DNA of 64,000 nt from Camelus dromedarius (taxonomy: Eukaryota): contig NC_087437.1 in NCBI RefSeq assembly GCF_036321535.1, positions 24,616,001 through 24,680,000 on the forward strand, written 5' to 3'. The notes below the pieces were generated by a model that was given only the letters and a program-made list of their open reading frames with translations, had not been told where the DNA came from and searched no databases. Below, piece after piece: positions 1-11,480 of the stretch. Positions within the stretch are counted from its first letter, which is position 1; the number at the start of each line of letters is the position of its first letter. A program made the translations under genes and the position numbers.

Positions 1-1329
1 GCAGTCTCCGCTTTCCTAAGGGCCGCGGGCAGCTGGCTGCGAGGAGTGAATAGTGTCCACTTATGAGCCGTCCTCCTCCTGTCCTCTTCCTGGCTGTTCT
101 CATATCCCTTGGCTCCTTGGAAAAGACATTCCCTCCAGTCACCTGGACCCTAGACAGAGCCGAAGCCTGAGTTGAGGGGCGGGACACTAAGGGTTTTCCT
201 AGCTCCCACCCTCTTTTTCGTTCCATGATCTAGGCCTGAGTGTCCGCCTGTCTTTGTCTGTTTGTCTTTCTCCTCCTTGTCCTTTCTCTTTTGGGTTCCT
301 ATTCCTCTCTCTGGCTGTGACCCAGGCCTTACATACCTGTGTAGGGGACTATCAGCCGCTTGCTCGATCCACTCCACCCTCCCAAATGATACTTGTCAGC
401 TTGCATGTTTAAGAGCTGGTATAGTCCTGTTCACCTCAATCGTGCTTAGGTGGCGCAAATATGACAACTCGTGGAGGAACTGCCCTGGCCATGAGACCTG
501 AAATGTGTAGGGTTTGGTTAGAGAAAGCCAGAGTTCAGGCACAGGGCTATTGCTTTCCTCTCCTGCTGACATTCTTGGGGTTCTGAACATTGCATGATAT
601 TTTGTGGCCAGTGCACTGACATTTCCAGAGCCAGTGCATGACCGGTCTGGTGGAGTGACCAGCACTTGTAAACAAAGGGGAGGGGTAGTGGAGGGTCCCT
701 GGGTCACTCGTTCCTCACACCAACGTCTATAGAGTTGTCTTTGGGTGTTTTTAGTCAAAATCCAAGGTACCATGACATCAGAAAATGGCTGCCAGACAGG
801 TTCCAATTCTCCTCTGGATTTTACTTTGAACGGACAGATCCATTCCATGGCGCCCACCCCTCTTGCTTACCCCACTGCCAACAGGAAAGGCCTTTTGTCA
901 TTGCCTGGTTCGCCCTGCGTCTAACCCACGACCAGCTTCACTCCCACCAGTTCTGAGATCCGGGGGCCATAGTATCATTTCACCTGACAGCCACCATTCG
1001 CCAAGTCTTCAGCTTTGAACCGGGAGGTGCAGCAGAAGGGTTTTAGAAACATTCCTACTAGGAAAAGGCCTTTCCTCCCACCCAGCTTCCGAGTCTCGGA
1101 GCTCAATAACACCAGGATGGTCAGAGAAAAGCCACCAGGACCTAGGCCCAGGGCCGCCTGGCAGAAGCTACTCAGCCTAGAAGCGGTCCCAGGGACTGGG
1201 TGGAAAGGGGTTGGCCCCCGAGAGTTCTCTTGTCCTAGATCCCCAGAGGACAGAGCCCCCAGGCGTCTACTCAGAGGCGAGGAATCCCTCGATCCACCGA
1301 ACCCCCGCCACAAGGGCTACCTCAGAGGA

Positions 1330-2220
1330 AACCCGTTCGCAATTTGGGTCCTTTTGTGTTTGAATATGTTGGGGGCGGGTGCGAGCTAGACTCTTATCAA
1401 CTCCACGCTAATTACGAAGACCTGTGTCAGGTTCCTCAGAGCAGAAAGCTCCAACCCAGCGTGGGTTCCTGCGTTCTTGCCCAAAAGGCCAAGGTCCAAA
1501 GAACCCTTTTCATTTGGCGAAGGGCGAGAGGGAAAGGAGGGGCGGGTGGGGGGAGCGGGCCGGGGTCTGCCAGCCAGCGGCCCAGCGCAGCGGACTTGCC
1601 CGGCTCCTCTGCTTGGCGGTCAGCGTCCGTGAGGGCGACGCGGTTGCCCTCTCCCGCGCTGGAAAGTGGGGACGCCCCTTCCCCGCCCCCACCTCCCCCG
1701 GGCGCCCCCGGGGTCGGCGCCAGAGCCCCGGAGGCCCGGAGGCTCTGATTTGAGGCGGCGAGGCGGGCTCTGGGGCCTCCCCTGGCCTGGCCGAGTTGCG
1801 TCTGCGAAGGCGACGGCGGGGGGGCGCAGGCCCGGGCCAAGGGGAGAGGGACCCCAAACCGGACAGGCGCTTTCCTCCCCGCCCCAGTCGCGCCTCAGTC
1901 CCTGTCCAAATTGCCCGTCTCCGGTAGGACTGACTGTCTGCCCGGCCTCAATCTGCTGCCAACCTTGCCCGAAATCTAGACCCCAGACCCGGTAAGTCGC
2001 GTTCTTCCCTCACCCCGCCCCGCCACCTTTCGGCCAACTGGGCCCGCGGCTGCGTGCGCGCGCGTGGCTCGAGGCGCGCGCCGAGAAGTTGGGCTCCTGA
2101 GGAGCCGCCGCGCCAGTCCGGCCTCTGCGGCTGGTGTGTGTATGAACTCCGAGCACCCCACGGTAGTCAGAAACGTCGCGGGGCTCCCCAGTGAGGAGGG
2201 AGCGTAGAGGGTCCAGCCTC
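1330..2220. promoter_or_regulatory. CpG island with GC boxes (promoter-like)
   Basis: Very GC- and CpG-rich. Several GGGCGG/CCGCCC boxes (e.g. ~1373, ~1540, 1681-1689, ~2013-2024) and GCGCGC runs at 2051-2082. Confidence 0.85.
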
Positions 2221-2298
2221 CTCTCCTGGATCCTCTTTGTCCCTGTGGACATCCACCAAAGCTATCTTTTAAGAATAAGCTTTCTGCTGGTCTCTGAA

Positions 2299-2316
2299 GT
2301 GTGTGTGTGTGTGTGT
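2299..2316. repeat. (GT)9 microsatellite
   Basis: Read directly. Confidence 0.95.
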
Positions 2317-3185
2317 TGGGGGCGGGGGAGGGGGGAATAGCGGGCCAGGAGAATTGCCCCTTCCCCTAAGGAGTTTCTAATCCCTGAGGTCCCTAACAAA
2401 GTTTATTCATGGCTTTCATTTGAATGCTGTGAAGTTACTATTATTACTATTTTTAAGTGAAGATTTCTAAGCGTCGCAGCTTCTCAAATATACGTGCCTC
2501 ACGAGGGCATTTCGACAATTACCTTGTCCACTAACTCCACTCCCTTCCCACTGGAAAAAATTAACTTAATTTTTCAGTAGTTGCCTTAGGACACGTCGTT
2601 TACAAGTCACTAAGGGGAGGGAAACAGGAAAGAAAGAAAAACAACCTTGGCATTTCTCGTTGGAACTCCCCGTTCTCTATTATTGAAATGTGAAAGATGG
2701 ATTTTGCAGTGGGGGGGGGGTGCGAGGAGGGGGAGGCAGGGCGCTGGAAGAGCGCTTTTGAACCGCGCTGCCCTGTTGCACGGGGCTGACCTTTGGCTGA
2801 CACGGCCACGGAGCGGGCCGTTCGTTAACGAGGATTTGATACATTAGACATTCGAGCTGGGCGTGTAAACCCACACTCTGAATCCAGATTTCGCTCAAAT
2901 TAGTGTTCGAGGAAATGATCTTTTTAAGTCCTGAGGCTTAACCAAGTGTCAGGAGTGCCGATTGCTGCCTGAAAAGGGCAGCGAAGGACACTGGGTAAAA
3001 GGCACATTCCTGGCTCCTTAAAAAACGAACAATATAAAGCCAGAAAGTCTTTGAATAATTCCTGAAATCCTTCAAGTCGCCACTTTTAAGTAATGCTTCT
3101 AAACAAGGCTCATCATCTCGTTCTAGTGAATTCTGTTGTATTAAATCCTAACACCAGGCAAAGCTATGAAGGCAGTGTCACAGTT

Positions 3186-3256
3186 ATGTATCTATGTATG
3201 TGTGTGTGTGATATACATATATATCACATATATATCACACACACACATACATATAT
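3186..3256. repeat. Compound TG/TA/CA microsatellite containing a 23-bp inverted repeat
   Basis: 3193-3215 is the exact reverse complement of 3231-3253. Confidence 0.9.
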
Positions 3257-3319
3257 TTCTCTTTTACTCTCTGGAGAAACTAGAATGTGACAGTTTATAT
3301 CCGTCAGGCAGTAGGGCAC

Positions 3320-5010
3320 ATACCGAGGGGAGAGTCACAGATTTTAAAGCCATTTACAAGTTGACGCGACTCGATTTAATTTGGCTCGAGTTGTCTGCAG
3401 ACTTCGGGGCCCAGAAAGGGAAGGTAGGCTGGCCATAGGGACCCCGGCCTGGCGCGCGGAGGTTCAACCGGCAGCTCCCCAGTCTCACGGGTGAGGCTGG
3501 AGTTGGGGACTTGGCTGCGGCCACCGAATAGCAAGCCAATTGGAGGGTGCGGCGGCTTCCGCGGTATTTACTGACCGACTTGGGAAAGGTGTTATTTTAT
3601 TGAAGTTGACAATAGAGCTCCAAGTTAAAAAAAAAAAAAAAGGACCCTCGGAAAATATTTTTCTTTTCTTTCTCGACATAGCAGAGCCCGCAAAGTGCTC
3701 TGAGTAGGAGAGGGGGAGAAATTCGCTTCTGCCGGAGTTCCCAGAGACTCTCAGGGTGGAAGGGGGAGGACGGCACGAAACTGTATTCTTGCTCAGTGCC
3801 CCGCAGTCCTGCAACGGCCCACTTCCTTCAGCTACTGTCCTCGGGGAGGATCGCAGCGGCCGGGGCAGTTTTCTGCACCTGAGTGTTGGTTTCCGCCGCT
3901 GGGTTTTGCTGGGGCTGCTACAGGCGCGGCTCCTGGGATCCGAATTTATTGCAGGAGAAAACATAGGCGAAACAGTTCTCGGTCTCAAATCCTTGCTTGG
4001 AGAGTCTCTGCGTCCAGTCCCCTCTGTCCTCTGAGTGTAGATGAAAAGATGAAAAATTAAGCGAGAAAGGTACCTACTATCATGAGAAAAAAGTTTAAAA
4101 ATAAGGATTCTAGTGGAGAGAAATGATTCTCCCAGACCTAAGTTGGCCAAACTCGAGTCCCCGACCCTTAGGACAAAGGCAACTGCTCGAGTTGAACACT
4201 TTTGAGGACAGCGGCCTTGACCCCCTTTGGAAAAATCACATCCTTCCATAATCTTGAGAATGGCCCAGCCTCGAGAAGCCTGCCCAAACCGGTCTGAGGG
4301 TGAAGGGGAGAGTAGGGGAAGTAGGGAATGTTGAGAGAGGAGGAAGAGAGGAAAGATTGTGGTCGTTTGCAAGATCGAGTTCATTTTCTCCCAGTGGTGG
4401 CTCCCTGCCGCCTCCCCTCCTAGGTTTTGATCACCAGCGACCCGTACTTGGGGTAGAAACTCCCCGATCACCAGCTTCCAAGTTGTGCCAAGTTTGAGGT
4501 GGAAACGGCGGGCCTATTCCATTTTAAGGTCCACTTCCTTGGAGTCAGTGGAAACAATGTAAGGTTGATGATTAGAGAGCGTGGAAGGAAGGAAGCGGCC
4601 CCCGCTGGCCAACTTGCCCTGAGTTTCTCCGGGCGGGCGCTCCTGTCTAGGCCGCCCACCCTCGTCGAACCCCGGAGCCTACACGCAGGTTCGGGCCTCC
4701 GCCCGCGGTCGCCAGTCTGACTGCTCGCGGACACTGCGGTTCTGACTGCGACAGGGCTTTCTAGGAGGGTGTGGGGGCAGCCCCTTTCGCCCTTGCTGGG
4801 CTTCCCTCCGGCCCTGTCCCGGTCTCCCTCCTCGGAGCCGCCGCCGCCTGGGGCCAGGCCCTCCGGGGGCTGCTCTGGACCTGACGCAGGCAGCGCTGTC
4901 GCTGACGTCAGGGGCTCTCGGTGGCCCGAACCTCAGCCCCGGCCACAGGGTGCCCGGCGCGGGCACCATTAATTATCAGGCACGAAGTGTGACGAAGAAA
5001 GCGCAAGCTT
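3320..5010. promoter_or_regulatory. CpG island / regulatory region
   Basis: High CpG density, strongest at 3400-4030 and 4580-5010. Perfect CRE TGACGTCA at 4903-4910 and TAATTA at 4970-4975. Confidence 0.8.
4903..4910. promoter_or_regulatory. CRE (CREB/ATF) consensus site
   Basis: Exact TGACGTCA inside the palindrome CTGACGTCAG in a CpG island. A half-site TGACG lies at 4882. Confidence 0.6.
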
Positions 5011-5036
5011 TTCAGGCAGGAGCTGATTTTGAGATT

Positions 5037-5059
5037 TATATATATATATATGTATATAT
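5037..5059. repeat. (TA)n microsatellite, one interruption
   Basis: Read directly. Confidence 0.9.
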
Positions 5060-8000
5060 TTTGGAGTGGGGAGCCGGGAAAGAAGAGAAGAAATAGAATG
5101 AGAAATAGCAATTCGGTTTCTCAAAGCATAATTATTAACTTCACACCCTCCAGCGTCCAGGTCTGCCCCCTAGGTGCACCCTTTTGTAGGTATGGGCTCC
5201 TCCCTTTGTACCTGGTTTGGGAGATTCTCGGTTGAAGCGCCAATATTTATTCCTATGAGACTGGCATCGCTACAACTTCCCTGTAGATTCAAGCGTGAGG
5301 AGCTTAATCATCTCCAGCACCCGAGAGGGTGGAGTGGGGGGTGGGCATTGCTTCATAAAGCTGGATCTGGGATGCTCCTATCACTCTTCCCGTTTGGTTA
5401 GATCCTTAGCCTGAGATCTGATATTATTATTGTTGTTGTTGAGTAAAAAGTGTGGGGAGGAAACCCAACGTACACCGATACGCTAAGATAAATGAACAGT
5501 GCAATTCCGTCTCAGGAAAGAAACCTTTCATTTGCAACATCAAAAGCAGCTTTCCTTTTTTCTCTTGTTTTAAAATGAATTATACGTATAATATCTAACT
5601 CAAATTAGAATTTTAAGCAGCAGTAACGTTTTCAAAATCACAAAATCAGTTTTTGGTTCTGGCTCTAAAACATTTTCAAAAATCCTTTCTCTGAGGATCA
5701 CTGCCGAATAAACATAGGGCACAGCAAGGTCATTGAGAGGATAATTCTCTTTTGGGCTCTTCTCTGCAAAAAGGAAGAAAAAAAATGTCATATATGATGG
5801 AGTTCCACAGGTGATGGTGAAGTGATTTTCTGAAAAAAAGAATAAAGTGAAATTAGAATTAAACTAAAAGCCCAAATTAAGACAATTTTTATGTAAGTGG
5901 AAACAATAATCCACAAGTTCAAACGTCTTAAATATTACCTTAGTTGTCATAAATAATTTCCTTGATATTGGCTAGTTGAATTAGCCATCTGTAAGATTCT
6001 GTATATAAAAATAAAACTCCATGTATCACTGCATATAGTCAGTAAATGGCAACTCTCACAAGTACAAAATTATCTTCATACTTATGAAGGTAGAATGTAT
6101 CTGATAGTACCCAGATAGTCAGAATACAAAGCCTCTCTAGTTACATCTACAGGAGGTAGAAATATCCTGAAAAGTCCTTCAAATGGCAGATAATTTGTTT
6201 AGAATTCTCACAGACAGAAAAAGAATCGACTGAACTTTAATTTTTCTTGTGAAACTTTTACAGCCCTATAGACAGCTTTTGATTCAGAACTGTGATGGTG
6301 ACCATTTTATTCTGAAATCAGTGATTTATTTTTAACCAATAATTACATGGTAAACATGTAACACATAGATACTGATTCCCCAGAAGTGTCCGATAACTAT
6401 TTTGTAAGATATGAGGAAAAATGGAGCTAATTGTTAAGAAAAAATAAATATATCTGTAGTATTAAAATTTTTAGGAGAATTTTAAAAAACTTAAAAGGCC
6501 ATGTTAATAAATGTGCAAAATTTCACAAACATGCACCAATAAAAATTCCAGAAATTGTGGGTTAAAAGTATTAGAAAAGGGATACCTGCACACAAAAAGG
6601 AAAATAAAAAGGAACCTCAGGGTTAATAAAAATAAATAGTCCAGGGTCCAACATTTTTTCAGTTATTATTATCTGTTTTTACGACTTGTAATACCTAGAC
6701 TTTTATTAAAAATTCCAAAAATGTGTGTTAACTGGAATAAAAAAAAATTTGGAGTTGGGGACAACAGTTAATCAGCATTTAACAGCTTCAGTGCTGTGTT
6801 TCTTTTTTATGTACTACTACTTTTATATAATATAAATCTTTTCAGAGAACTCTGCTGTTTTTGGTACAGTAGGTTGAAATTTATGGATCTAAGATACTTT
6901 CCAGACTATGTATATAACACTCTGGCTGAGAAAAACTCCAGGATATTAGATTAAGAAGTCAGCTAATAGTATAGTTCCTGAATCAACAAATATTTACAGA
7001 TTTAAGGCAACAGTTGAAGTTCCAAATTTCAAGGTCATTATGTGTATGTGTGTGTGTATCTTCAAATAAGTAATTTGTACAATTTACAGGATATTCTATG
7101 GGGTTATGTGATTTTGGTACTGTAGTCATGATTTCACGTGCTGACCTGGTCAAGTCAGTTGACATCTTTGGCTCTTAGCTTTTTCACTTGTGAAATCAAT
7201 GCCCTAGACAAGATGCTCACTACCTTTTTATATAGTTCTCAAAGCAGTTATCTTCCTTACTTTTACTCATGGATTGAAATTAAATAAAAAAATTTAAAGG
7301 TAGAATTTCATTTGTGAAAACATTAAATCAGGGAAATGTGTTTAACTGATTTGGATATAAATGCAATTGACTAGCAATTCCTATTGTCAAACCTCATCAT
7401 TAAGGTTTTTCTTTGGTGAGAGTCCTGTTTTAGCCATATGCTTTCTGTGAAACAGGGGTTGAGAAAGACAGATAACCCATCTTTCTCTCTTTCTTAGTTT
7501 GAAAAGGAAATCAAATACTTTCCTAATGTTTTGTTTATGTGAATTACAAAGAACATTTTCGTAAACCTGGGGCAGAGGCTACTTAGGAGATGGAAATACT
7601 ATTAAATTCAATTGTTTCAAGGCATGCATTTGGGAAGTGTGAACTTTAAGTTCTGGTCATATGCAAATAGATGTAAAATATGTTTACTGTATGTATTAAT
7701 TCCCTGAATTTACAAATCCCACTATGTAAAATAACAAAAATGAGAGGACGACATGATTCTCCTGCATACTGTCCTGGCTGGACCAGTGTGAGGAGCTAAA
7801 TGTGTTGGGTATACTAGTCGATCTACAGGTTCTGCAGCTGTTGCTTGTGACTTACCTATCAGCTGATTGCACTTGACTGGACCAATTGATTGATTAATTA
7901 ATTAAACCAACAAACATTAAAGACAAGTACGATCGTTGTTATTGAGACGCTGGCATTTAAAAAAAAAATCCCAAATGCTTTCTTCCCTCCAGGAATATAA

Positions 8001-9209
8001 TAGGAGAGATACATACAGTTAAGCAAACTGTAAGGTAAAATATGGTATTTATCACAAGAGAGGTGTGAACTAAATTTGAGTGGGGCGTGTTTGACTTTTT
8101 GATTCTCTTTAAGAGGTACCGGAGGTCTCTTGCTGATTTACAAAATCAGAACAAAGTATCACATCACAAACTTTTCCTTCTCTTTCCTTCAGACTCTCCT
8201 TCCCTCCGTTCCCTTCCCCTGACCTCCTCCCTCCTCTCTTCTCCTGTCCCCGGATGGATCTGGAACCTAAGGCAATGTGAAATTTGCAAAAGACCTTTCT
8301 GGGGGTGGTGGCAGTGGTTGTGTGAGCCTGCTGCCTGAATCCCCTCCAGGCCTTTGTCTTTTGGGGGCAGTTTTGTCCGAGTGCCCAACTGTAGCCAGCT
8401 AGCCTGGCCTCCCAAAGATGGGCTTAAGGTCTGTGAATGCTGGGCCTTAGGGCTGGTCAGAGCTTTTCAGCTACCGGGGTGTCCATTTTTATGGCGAAGG
8501 AGGGTCAGACCAAACAGAGACGAAGTTCTGACAACTCCAGGCAAATACTGGAAAAGAGGACATGGATTGGTCACCAGGACATTTACACTGTGCAGAATTG
8601 GGCAGGATTTCTCTCTCTTCTCTTATTTGTTTGATGTAAATACAGATTCCCTTGCCACTAACAAATGCACCTTTTTCTTGTTTTTATGATGGTTCATTTG
8701 TTCATTTTTATTCAGTTTTAAATAATATTTACTATAAAAATTTCAGCATACTGACTAATTTTTCATAAATTTTTGATCCTGAAATGTTAAGCTGTTAAGC
8801 CATGTTTTTCCTTTCCCAGAGGCTGACTTGATTCTCTGGTTGTATTTTCCAAGGAAATTTTATGTCCTTGTAATTCTTGATAGTGTCACCCCACAAAACC
8901 AAGGACTAATTCACGTTCCCTGAAATAGGTTATGTTCGAGTGTTTTAGAAACTCTAAGTAGGACTAACCTGTAACTAATCAAAGAAGTAGAAATAACCAG
9001 TCAGTTTCTATATTATTCAGATTCCTCTTTTTCCTCCTTTGTTGCCATTCTTTGGGTCAGTTGGAAAGTGGCACAACCCAGACCAGTCTGATTTGTACTT
9101 GCTGGCTGTTTGGGTGAGTAGTTTCAGGCAGGAGGGGCTGCAGAGTGTGTTTGAGGACTTTGTCATTTTCATGTGATTCCCGTCCTCTTTGTAAATTAAA
9201 GCTTTCAAT

Positions 9210-9395
9210 CTGAACAATTTCTAACATATACAAAAGCAGAGAGAATAATGTAATAAAACCCCATCACCCAACGTCAACAGTTATCAACTCATAACCAATT
9301 TCATTTCATCTATACTTTGATCCACTATTCTCCCCCAGGATTATTTTGCAGCACATCCAAGACACCATATTACTGAATATGTAAATATTTATTAT
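9210..9395 (-). mobile_element. Old L1 (L1MC/L1ME-type) 3' fragment
   Basis: Resembles an ancient L1 3'UTR (aacatatacaaaagcagagagaata...cccatcaccca...ggattattttgcagc). Confidence 0.6.
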
Positions 9396-9959
9396 TTAAC
9401 TAATAACAGCTAATGTTTGCTACAAAGCAGAGTGGCTTTTTCAAGGCAACTAGTGTGTTTTTCTGAAACACTGCCTGGTTTGAGCTTTTGGGTTGCTGTT
9501 CTTGGTCCTTTTAACAGTTTTGCTTCCAATGCCAGAGACTTTTTGAGCCACTGAAATCAAGGAGCTCTGTAGTTCTCAAAAGGAAAAGAATAATTCAGTT
9601 GATCACCATCCTAATCAATGAAGATGGAACCTTCAAGTGGGAAATCTCACAATTCCCAGAGTCTAGTAGTCATAGTGAAATCAGAATAATTCATTGAAAA
9701 GTTTGAAAAGTTTCTGAGTTTGGGGAAATGTGATGACTACAAATTCCTTTTATAAAAATAATATGAACTTGTACTGGTAGAGAGAAACTATTGTACTTGA
9801 AAAAATATCACTTAATATGCATTGGATTTCAACTTCATACTACCTAAGGCAATCCCCCAATTATTGATACAATAATAAATATGAATTCATGCACTATAAT
9901 TTAAGTGTAATATTTTCTTATCTCATTCAGTTATATGAAACCATATATTGTGGTTAATT

Positions 9960-10195
9960 TTTAAAAAGAGAACACTGTCTTTAGAGATTGATGCCAAACT
10001 ATTTATGGATGAAATAATATGATGTCTGGAATTTGCTTCAAATGATCTTGGGTTTGGGGTGGTGAGTGAATGTAAGAAGAACCAGGACTTGTATTGCTGG
10101 GTGATGGGTACTTGGGGGTTCATGATAATATCTCGCTACTTCTGTAAAAATATTTAATTTTTTTTCTTAATAAAATAGTAATAAAAAAAGACAGG
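9960..10195 (+). mobile_element. Old L1 (L1MC/L1ME-type) 3' fragment
   Basis: ggatgaaataatatgatgtctggaatttgcttcaaa...ctgggtgatgggtac...aataaaa with an A-rich end. Confidence 0.65.
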
Positions 10196-11319
10196 AAAAA
10201 ATCGCACTAAAATGTCTTATCTATCCATTCATTTATCAGCAGAGAAGTCAAAAGTTAGAATGAAAATGTTTGGAATTTAAAATTAAAAAGGTGGAAGTTG
10301 ATTTCCTTTATCTTGGACTACCTATGATTTTACTTGGAAAAGGCAATGAACCTCTTTCAATTTTGGTTTTCACATGTATAAAAATACTCCATTTTTCCAG
10401 ATACCCCTAAATGTTGGATACCAGTTCCTTGTAAGCAAAAACATTGCTCAGTGATCAAAACTTGCAGTTACTTGAATGTTTACCATCTAATTGTTTTGAC
10501 ATCTATGGGAAGATCTGGTTGTTACTTTCTGCTTGTAGTTGTTTTGTGCATTGCTGATGATAGACTCTCTCTTGGTATGTGAGGAAGATAACCATAGCTA
10601 TGGATTTTGAAGTGAGATTATTGCTAGAGCCTGACCCTGGGACCTCCACTTGTCTGGTGGGAGGTGTGAACTCTTGAAGTTCAGGGTTAACTCCTGGCTC
10701 TTTTTTTTTTTTTTTTTTTTCTGTAACACATCTGCCCTTCAGACTTCATTTCTGGGCCATTCCTTTTGGAGTTAGAAAACATTATCAGCGTCCTCAGCTG
10801 TAATTCATCGTGGAACCTGGAATTGAATCATGATTTTCAGGTTTGGGTTTTCATAGTAGGCCTCTATTTTGAGATGTCACCCTTCCCCACCTGGAGTATT
10901 AGGAATTCCAGTAATACCCTTCAAAGTGGCCAACTTACCTTCCCCCCAACCTGTCCTTCCCATAGACTGGGATTCTGCCAAAGTTTTCTTCCTGTGCTGG
11001 CTATGCCAGATTTCCCTGCCTGGGACCCAGCTATTCCCTAGGGTACAAAACAGCCCTAGACCTTACCGTGGGATTGGAACATTAGAAGCATTTTAGTCCT
11101 TTCCCTCCTGGGGCTAGATTCTAGTCCATGCATCTCCAGTAGCAGTGGTTGTTCTGACAGCACTCAGAAATGGTGGCTTTTCTTGTCACCCTGCTATGCC
11201 TGTTGTAACAGATCTCTGATACCAAACCATGTCTGAACATGCCAAGCTTTGGAAGCCATGCATTGAACTGACTGACCTTCCATGGTCCAACTTTTGCAGT
11301 CAGGTAAGCTCTCTTTAGG

Positions 11320-11480
11320 CCAGTGTGACCCAGAGAACCTGGGTCAGAATCATCTAGGGGAATGTTTGTAAAAATTCATGTTGCTGGCCTTTACTCCAGG
11401 TCTAATGAATCAGAACATCTGGCGTAGGGTGTTGATCAGGAATGTGCATTGTATCTAAATGAAGTTTAAAAAATCACTAA
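11320..11480. mobile_element. MER5A-like hAT-Charlie DNA transposon fossil
   Basis: tcagaatcatctagggg...ctaatgaatcagaacatctgg...caggaatgtgcatt motifs. Confidence 0.65.

Noticed and set aside
1015..2252. Overlapping 100-135 aa ORFs on both strands
   Set aside because: Low-complexity P/G/R/A translations in all frames, typical of stop-poor CpG islands.
3485..4471. 328-aa minus-strand ORF, the longest in the window
   Set aside because: It starts at GTG, has no recognisable domain, is rich in S/P/R/L, and its FFFF run comes from a polyA tract. Long open frames are expected in GC-rich DNA. PhyloCSF or Ribo-seq would be needed to rescue it.
9210..10195. Inverted similarity between 9.2-9.4 kb and 10.0-10.2 kb
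   Set aside because: Explained by two independent old L1 3' fragments of related subfamilies in opposite orientation.
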